The notes beneath the pieces are model-generated. The model ran no database searches. It was not told where the DNA came from and saw only the letters and a list, made by a program, of their open reading frames with translations. From NCBI GenBank assembly GCA_051362555.1, contig CM120642.1, forward strand, positions 21,266,001-21,330,000: a DNA stretch of 64,000 bases, given 5' to 3'. How positions within the stretch are numbered: position 1 is the stretch's first letter; the number at the start of each line of letters is the position of its first letter. Position numbers and translations under genes: made by a program. The stretch comes from Lingula anatina. Its lineage: Eukaryota; Animalia; Brachiopoda. Of this stretch, positions 56,301-64,000 are shown piece after piece.

Positions 56301-59099
56301 TAACAATAATAAAAATCTGTGATAAGCTCATCAGTTGACTGTGTCTCATGAAAAACATTTTTCAGAGCATATAAATGTGAGAAAACTGAAAATGACATTA
56401 AAAAGACTGCAAAATTCCAATGTTTAAAATAGTTAAACGTTAATAATTTTCACAAAACTTGTTCAATATTTGTGAAATTTGGAGAGATGATGCTTAACAA
56501 TAACAAAAATCTGTGATAAGCTTAACAGTTGACAGTGTGTGACAGAATTGTAGTTGTTTGACACTTTGTATGTAAAGAGTGAGAATTATCTACAATATTT
56601 TTTTTTCAATTTCACAACATCTAATTAGACTCACATTAAACATCAAATATTATGATTTAAGTTTGTTTGTGTAAGAGGTGACAAATTACCCACAATTGTC
56701 CTCTGGAAAAGAATATATACCCATTTAAGACATCTCCTACTACCAATACCTGATGCAGATTCCTCCTTACAATCGGTTTCTGGAATAGGGTTTAGCACAC
56801 CATTTGACAATGTCCTAAAGCTTGCCATATACCATCTATTGTACACATGGATGAGACATAGCATTGCTCTTGCTGTTGTCTTTTGCTGTTTGCTTTTTCT
56901 ATAGTAATTAGCCCTGACCAGACAGGAAGAATCAGTTCACCAAAAAAGCAATCAAGCTGTATGGAAAAGGTCACCTGGAAAAAGAACAATATGTTTGATA
57001 AAGTGAAAATTAAATTCTAAAAATTGACAAATTGCCCACACTAAAATAGTTGAACAATAATTTTGATAAACTTAACCTAAACAGTTGACTATGTCTAATA
57101 AAATGGATATTTTCAGAACATATAAATTTGAGAAATACTGAAAATGACATTGAAAAGACTGCCAAATTCCATGGTTGAAAATAGTTAAACGTTAATTATT
57201 TTCACAAATCTTGTCTAATATTTGTGAAATTTCGAGAGATGATGCATAACAACAATAAAAATCTGTGATAAGCTCATCAGTTGACTGCCTCTCATGAAAA
57301 ACATTTTTCAGAGCATATAAATGTGAGAAAACTGAAAATGACATAGAAAAGACTGCCAAATTCCATGGCTTAAAATAGTTAAACGTTAATATTTTTCACA
57401 AATCTTGTCTAATATTTGTGAAATTTGGATAGATGATGCATAAAAACAATAAAAATCTGTGATAAGCTCATCAGTTGACTGTGTCTCATGAAAAAGAATT
57501 TTCAGAGCATATAAATGTGAAAAAACTAAAATTGACATTGCAAAGACTGCAAACTTCCATGGCTTAAAATAGTTAAACGTTAATAATTTTCACAAAACTT
57601 GTTCAATATTTGTGAAATTTGGAGAGATGATGCCTAACAATAACAAAAATCTGTGATAAGCTTAACAGTTGACAGTGTGTGACAGAATTGTAGTTGTTTG
57701 ACACTTTGTATGCAAAGAGTGAGAATTATCTACAATATTTTTTTTCAATTTCACAACATCTAATTAGACTCACATTAAACATCAAATATTATGATTTGAG
57801 TTTGTTTGTGTAAGAGGTGACAAATTACCCACAATTGTCCTCTGGAAAAGAATATATACCCATTTAAGACATCTCCTTACTACCAATACCAGATGCAGAT
57901 TCCTCCTTACAATCGGTTTCTGGAATAGGGTTTAGCACACCATTTGACAATGTCCTAAAGCTTGCCATATACCATCTATTGTACACATGGATGAGACATA
58001 GCATTGCTCTTGCTGTTGTCTTTTGCTGTCTGTTTTTTCTATAGTAATTAGCCCTGACCAGACAGGAAGAATCAGTTCACCAAAAAAGCCATCACGCTGT
58101 ATGGAAAAGGTCACCTGGAAAAAGAACAATATGTTTGATAAAAGTGAAAATTAAATTCTAAAAATTGACAAATTGCCCACACTAAAATAGTTGAACAATA
58201 ATTTTGATAAACTTAACCTAAACAGTTGACTATGTCTAATAAAATGGATATTTTCAGAACATATAAATTTGAGAAATACTGAAAATGACATTGAAAAGAC
58301 TGCCAAATTCCATGGTTGAAAATAGTTAAACGTTAATTATTTTCACAAATCTTGTCTAATATTTGTGAAATTTGGACAGATGATGCATAACAACAATAAA
58401 AATCTGTGATAAGCTCATCAGTTGACTGTGTCTCATGAAAAACATTTTTCAGAGCATATAAATGTGAGAAAACAGAAAATGACATTGAAAAGACTGCAAA
58501 ATGCGGTGCCTTAAAATAGTTAAACGTTAATAATTTTCACAAATCTTGTTCAAGATTTGTGAAATTTAGACAGATGATGCATAACAATAATAAAAATCTG
58601 TGATAAGCTCATCAGTTGACTGTGTCTCATGAAAAACATTTTTCAGAGCATATAAATGTGAGAAAACTGAAAATGACATTGAAAAGACTGCCAAATTCCA
58701 TGGTTGAAAATAGTTAAACGTTAATAATTTTCACAAATCCTGTCTAATATTTGTGAAATTTGGATAGATGATGCATAACAACAATAAAAATCTGTGCCAA
58801 ATCTTGTCTAATAAATGTGAAAAAACTAAAAATGACATTGCAAAGACTGCAAACTTCCATGGCTTAAAATAGTTAAATGTTAATAATTTTCACAAAACTT
58901 GTTCAATATTTGTGAAATTTGGAGAGATGATGCCTAACAATAACAAAAATCTGTGATAAGCTTAACAGTTGACAGTGTGTGACAGAATTGTAGTTGTTTG
59001 ACACTTTGTATGCAAAGAGTGAGAATTATCTACAATATTTTTTTTTCAATTTCACAACATCTAATTAGACTCACATTAAACATCAAATATTATGATTTG

Positions 59100-62000
59100 A
59101 GTTTGTTTGTGTAAGAGGTGACAAATTACCCATAATTGTCCTCTAGAAAAGAATATATACCCATTGAAGACATCTCCTTACTACCAATGCCATATTCAGA
59201 TTCCTCCTTACAATCGGGTTCTGGAATAGGGTTTAGCACACCATTTGACAATGTCCTAAAGCTTGCCATATACCATCTATTGTACACATGGATGAGACAT
59301 AGCATTGCTCTTGCTGTTGTCTTTTGCTGTCTGTTTTTTCTATAGTAATTAGCCCTGACCAGACAGGAAGAATCAGTTCACCAAAAAAGCCATCACGCTG
59401 TATGGAAAAGGTCACCTGGAAAAAGAACAATATGTTTGATAAAAGTGAAAATTAAATTCTAAAAATTGACAAATTGCCCACACTAAAATAGTTGAACAAT
59501 AATTTTGATAAACTTAACCTAAACAGTTGACTATGTCTAATAAAATGGATATTTTCAGAACATATAAATTTGAGAAATACTGAAAATGACATTGAAAAGA
59601 CTGCCAAATTCCATGGTTGAAAATAGTTAAACGTTAATTATTTTCACAAATCTTGTCTAATATTTGTGAAATTTCGAGAGATGATGCCTAACAATAACAA
59701 AAATCTGTGATAAGCTTAACAGTTGACAGTGTGTGACAGAATTGTAGTTGTTTGACACTTTGTATGCAAAGAGTGAGAATTATCTACAATATTTTTTTTT
59801 CAATTTCACAACATCTAATTAGACTCACATTAAACATCAAATATTATGATTTGAGTTTGTTTGTGTAAGAGGTGACAAATTACCCACAATTGTCCTCTGG
59901 AAAAGAATATATACCCATTGAAGATATCTCCTTACTACCAATACCTGATGCAGATTCCTCCTTACAATCGGTTTCTGGAATAGGGTTTAGCACACCATTT
60001 GACAATGTCCTAAAGCTTGCCATATGCCATCTATTGTACACATGGATGAGACATAGCATTGCTCTTGCTGTTGTCTTTTGCTGTCTGTTTTTTCTATAGT
60101 AATTAGCCCTGACCAGACAGGAAGAATCAGTTCACCAAAAAAGCCATCACGCTGTATGGAAAAGGTCACCTGGAAAAAGAACAATATGTTTGATAAAAGT
60201 GAAAATTAAATTCTAAAAATTGACAAATTGCCCACACTAAAATAGTTGAACAATAATTTTGATAAACTTAACCTAAACAGTTGACTATGTCTAATAAAAT
60301 GGATATTTTCAGAACATATAAATTTGAGAAATACTGAAAATGACATTGAAAAGACTGCCAAATTCCATGGTTGAAAATAGTTAAACGTTAATTATTTTCA
60401 CAAATCTTGTCTAATATTTGTGAAATTTGGATAGATGATGCATAACAACAATAAAAATCTGTGATAAGCTCATCAGTTGACTGCCTCTCATGAAAAACAT
60501 TTTTCAGAGCATATAAATGTGAGAAAACTGAAAATGACATTGAAAAGACTGTAAAATTCCATGGCTTAAATTAGTTAAACGTTAATAATTTTCACAAATC
60601 CTGTCTAATATTTGTGAAATTTGGATAGATGATGCATAACAACAATAAAAATCTGTGATAAGCTCATCAGTTGACTGTGTCTCGTGAAAAAGATTTTTTT
60701 TGGACAATAAATTTGAGAAAACAGAAAATGACATTGAAAAGACTGCCAAATTCCATGGCTTAAAATAGTTAAACGTTAATAATTTTCACAAATCTTGTCT
60801 AATATTTGTGAAATTTAGACAGATGATGCATAACAATAATAAAAATCTGTGATAAGGTCATCAGTTGACTGTGTCTCATGAAAAACATTTTTCAGAGCAT
60901 ATAAATGTGAGAAAACTGAAAATGACATTGAAAAGACTGCCAAATTCCATGGCTTAAAATAGTTAAACGTTAATTATTTTCACAAATCTTGTCTAATATT
61001 TGTGAAATTTGGATAGATGATGCATAAAAACAATAAAAATCTGTGATAAGCTCATCAGTTGACTGTGTCTCATGAAAAAGAATTTTCAGAGCATATAAAT
61101 GTGAAAAAACTAAAATTGACATTGAAAAGACTGCCAAATTACATGCCATAAAATAGTTAAACGTTAATAATTTTCACATAACTTGTTCAATATTTGTGAA
61201 ATTTGGAGAGATGATGCCTAACAATAACAAAAATCTGTGATAAGCCTAACAGTTGACAGTGTGTGACAGAATTGTAGTTGTTTGACACTTTGTATGCAAA
61301 GAGTGAGAATTATCTACAATATTTTTTTTTTCAATTTCACAACATCTAATTAGACTCACATTAAACATCATATATTATGATTTGAGTTTGTTTGTGTAAG
61401 AGGTGACAAATTACCCACAATTGTCCTCTAGAAAAGAATATATACCCATTGAAGACATCTCCTTACTACCAATGCCATATGCAGATTCCTCCTTACAATC
61501 GGGTTCTGGAATAGGGTTTAGCACACCATTTGACAATGTCCTAAAGCTTGCCATATACCATCTATTGTACACATGGATGAGACATAGCATTGCTCTTGCT
61601 GTTGTCTTTTGCTGTCTGTTTTTTCTATAGTAATTAGCCCTGACCAGACAGGAAGAATCAGTTCACCAAAAAAGCCATCACGCTGTATGGAAAAGGTCAC
61701 CTGGAAAAAGAACAATATGTTTGATAAAAGTGAAAATTAAATTCTAAAAATTGACAAATTGCCCACACTAAAATAGTTGAACAATAATTTTGATAAACTT
61801 AACCTAAACAGTTGACTATGTCTAATAAAATGGATATTTTCAGAACATATAAATTTGAGAAATACTGAAAATGACATTGAAAAGACTGCCAAATTCCATG
61901 GTTGAAAATAGTTAAACGTTAATTATTTTCACAAATCTTGTCTAATATTTGTGAAATTTCGAGAGATGATGCCTAACAATAACAAAAATCTGTGATAAGC

Positions 62001-63850
62001 TTAACAGTTGACAGTGTGTGACAGAATTGTAGTTGTTTGACACTTTGTATGCAAAGAGTGAGAATTATCTACAATATTTTTTTTTCAATTTCACAACATC
62101 TAATTAGACTCACATTAAACATCAAATATTATGATTTGAGTTTGTTTGTGTAAGAGGTGACAAATTACCCACAATTGTCCTCTGGAAAAGAATATATACC
62201 CATTGAAGATATCTCCTTACTACCAATACCTGATGCAGATTCCTCCTTACAATCGGTTTCTGGAATAGGGTTTAGCACACCATTTGACAATGTCCTAAAG
62301 CTTGCCATATGCCATCTATTGTACACATGGATGAGACATAGCATTGCTCTTGCTGTTGTCTTTTGCTGTCTGTTTTTTCTATAGTAATTAGCCCTGACCA
62401 GACAGGAAGAATCAGTTCACCAAAAAAGCCATCACGCTGTATGGAAAAGGTCACCTGGAAAAAGAACAATATGTTTGATAAAAGTGAAAATTAAATTCTA
62501 AAAATTGACAAATTGCCCACACTAAAATAGTTGAACAATAATTTTGATAAACTTAACCTAAACAGTTGACTATGTCTAATAAAATGGATATTTTCAGAAC
62601 ATATAAATTTGAGAAATACTGAAAATGACATTGAAAAGACTGCCAAATTCCATGGTTGAAAATAGTTAAACGTTAATTATTTTCACAAATCTTGTCTAAT
62701 ATTTGTGAAATTTGGATAGATGATGCATAACAACAATAAAAATCTGTGATAAGCTCATCAGTTGACTGCCTCTCATGAAAAACATTTTTCAGAGCATATA
62801 AATGTGAGAAAACTGAAAATGACATTGAAAAGACTGTAAAATTCCATGGCTTAAATTAGTTAAACGTTAATAATTTTCACAAATCCTGTCTAATATTTGT
62901 GAAATTTGGATAGATGATGCATAACAACAATAAAAATCTGTGATAAGCTCATCAGTTGACTGTGTCTCGTGAAAAAGATTTTTTTTGGACAATAAATTTG
63001 AGAAAACAGAAAATGACATTGAAAAGACTGCCAAATTCCATGGCTTAAAATAGTTAAACGTTAATAATTTTCACAAATCTTGTCTAATATTTGTGAAATT
63101 TAGACAGATGATGCATAACAATAATAAAAATCTGTGATAAGCTCATCAGTTGACTGTGTCTCATGAAAAACATTTTTCAGAGCATATAAATGTGAGAAAA
63201 CTGAAAATGACATTGAAAAGACTGCCAAATTCCATGGCTTAAAATAGTTAAACGTTAATTATTTTCACAAATCTTGTCTAATATTTGTGAAATTTGGATA
63301 GATGATGCATAAAAACAATAAAAATCTGTGATAAGCTCATCAGTTGACTGTGTCTCATGAAAAAGAATTTTCAGAGCATATAAATGTGAAAAAACTAAAA
63401 TTGACATTGAAAAGACTGCCAAATTACATGCCATAAAATAGTTAAACGTTAATAATTTTCACATAACTTGTTCAATATTTGTGAAATTTGGAGAGATGAT
63501 GCCTAACAATAACAAAAATCTGTGATAAGCTTAACAGTTGACAGTATGTGACAGAATTGTAGTTGTTTGACACTTTGTATGCAAAGAGTGAGAATTATCT
63601 ACAATATTTTTTTTTCAATTTCACAACATCTAATTAGACTCACATTAAACATCAAATATTATGATTTGAGTTTGTTTGTGTAAGAGGTGACAAATTACCC
63701 ATAATTGTCCTCTAGAAAAGAATATATACCCATTGAAAACATCTCCTTACTACCAATGCCATATGCAGATTCCTCCTTACAATCGGGTTCTGGAATAGGG
63801 TTTAGCACACCATTTGACAATGTCCTAAGGCTTGCCATATACCATCTATT
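59100..63850. repeat. 2285-bp higher-order repeat, two copies (754+1531)
   Basis: ORFs 59233/61518 and 59987/62272 are 2285 apart; shared variants (CATATGCCAT, AATTACATGCCATA). Confidence 0.9.
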
Positions 63851-64000
63851 AGCCTTTTTCATCTTTTCCGGAAATGGAAATTGCATTGTGGGTAGGGGAG
63901 CCCTGCTACGTCGAAACACTTACAGCGGTGCTAAAAACCATGGCTCGGTTTACGTGCTTTTTGTCCCGCTACTACAATAACAGTAAGCGAGATCGACACA
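63850..64000. mobile_element. Unrelated higher-GC sequence interrupting the last cassette; probable transposon end, or the array boundary
   Basis: Cassette ...CCATCTAT(T)GTACAC is replaced by ...CCATCTAT-TAGCCTTTTTCATC...; the junction is sharp and the cassette before it is undegraded. The other end is not in the window. Confidence 0.45.

Larger units (their letters stand above)
7280..63850. repeat. Composite satellite array: ~200 AT-rich 194-bp monomers plus interspersed ~440-bp cassettes
   Basis: GCTCATCAGTTGACTG at 8421, 8615 and 8809 gives a 194-bp period. The monomer continues in one orientation to the end of the window, and monomers are most diverged at 7280-8300. Monomer count is an estimate from length. 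Confidence 0.98.

Noticed and set aside
11175-63850. CRISPR-like array (constant block alternating with variable spacers)
   Set aside because: The constant block is ~440 bp, the spacers are satellite monomers rather than unique sequence, and there are no cas genes.
63695-63980. ORFs spanning the 63850 junction
   Set aside because: Chimeric read-through between the cassette and unrelated sequence.

Overview
This is an AT-rich, repeat-saturated window that looks eukaryotic (invertebrate-like, by inference). I find no recognisable protein-coding gene, RNA gene or CRISPR array. Positions 1-7280 are a nest of two non-autonomous elements with Helentron-associated (HINE/DINE-1-like) architecture: GC-rich microsatellite, 3' terminal hairpin, A/T-run insertion sites, and internal 146-bp or 160-bp tandem repeats. 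Two copies of the second family form a ~1.55-kb-arm inverted repeat. Positions ~7280-63850 are one ~56.5-kb composite satellite. It has roughly 200 copies of a 194-bp monomer, each with a 30-bp quasi-palindrome, interrupted by 32 complete and 2 partial copies of a ~440-bp non-satellite cassette. Cassette-to-cassette distances follow 560+194n bp, and there are local higher-order repeats. The cassette is the most interesting object: it has splice-like signals on both strands, its minus-strand frame is unbroken in all 32 complete copies, and about half of the distinct substitutions I could read in that frame are synonymous. It may be an exon amplified with satellite 'introns', or a captured gene fragment; the sequence alone cannot decide. 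Unrelated, more GC-rich sequence cuts the last cassette at ~63850. All counts and variants were read by eye and coordinates are approximate.
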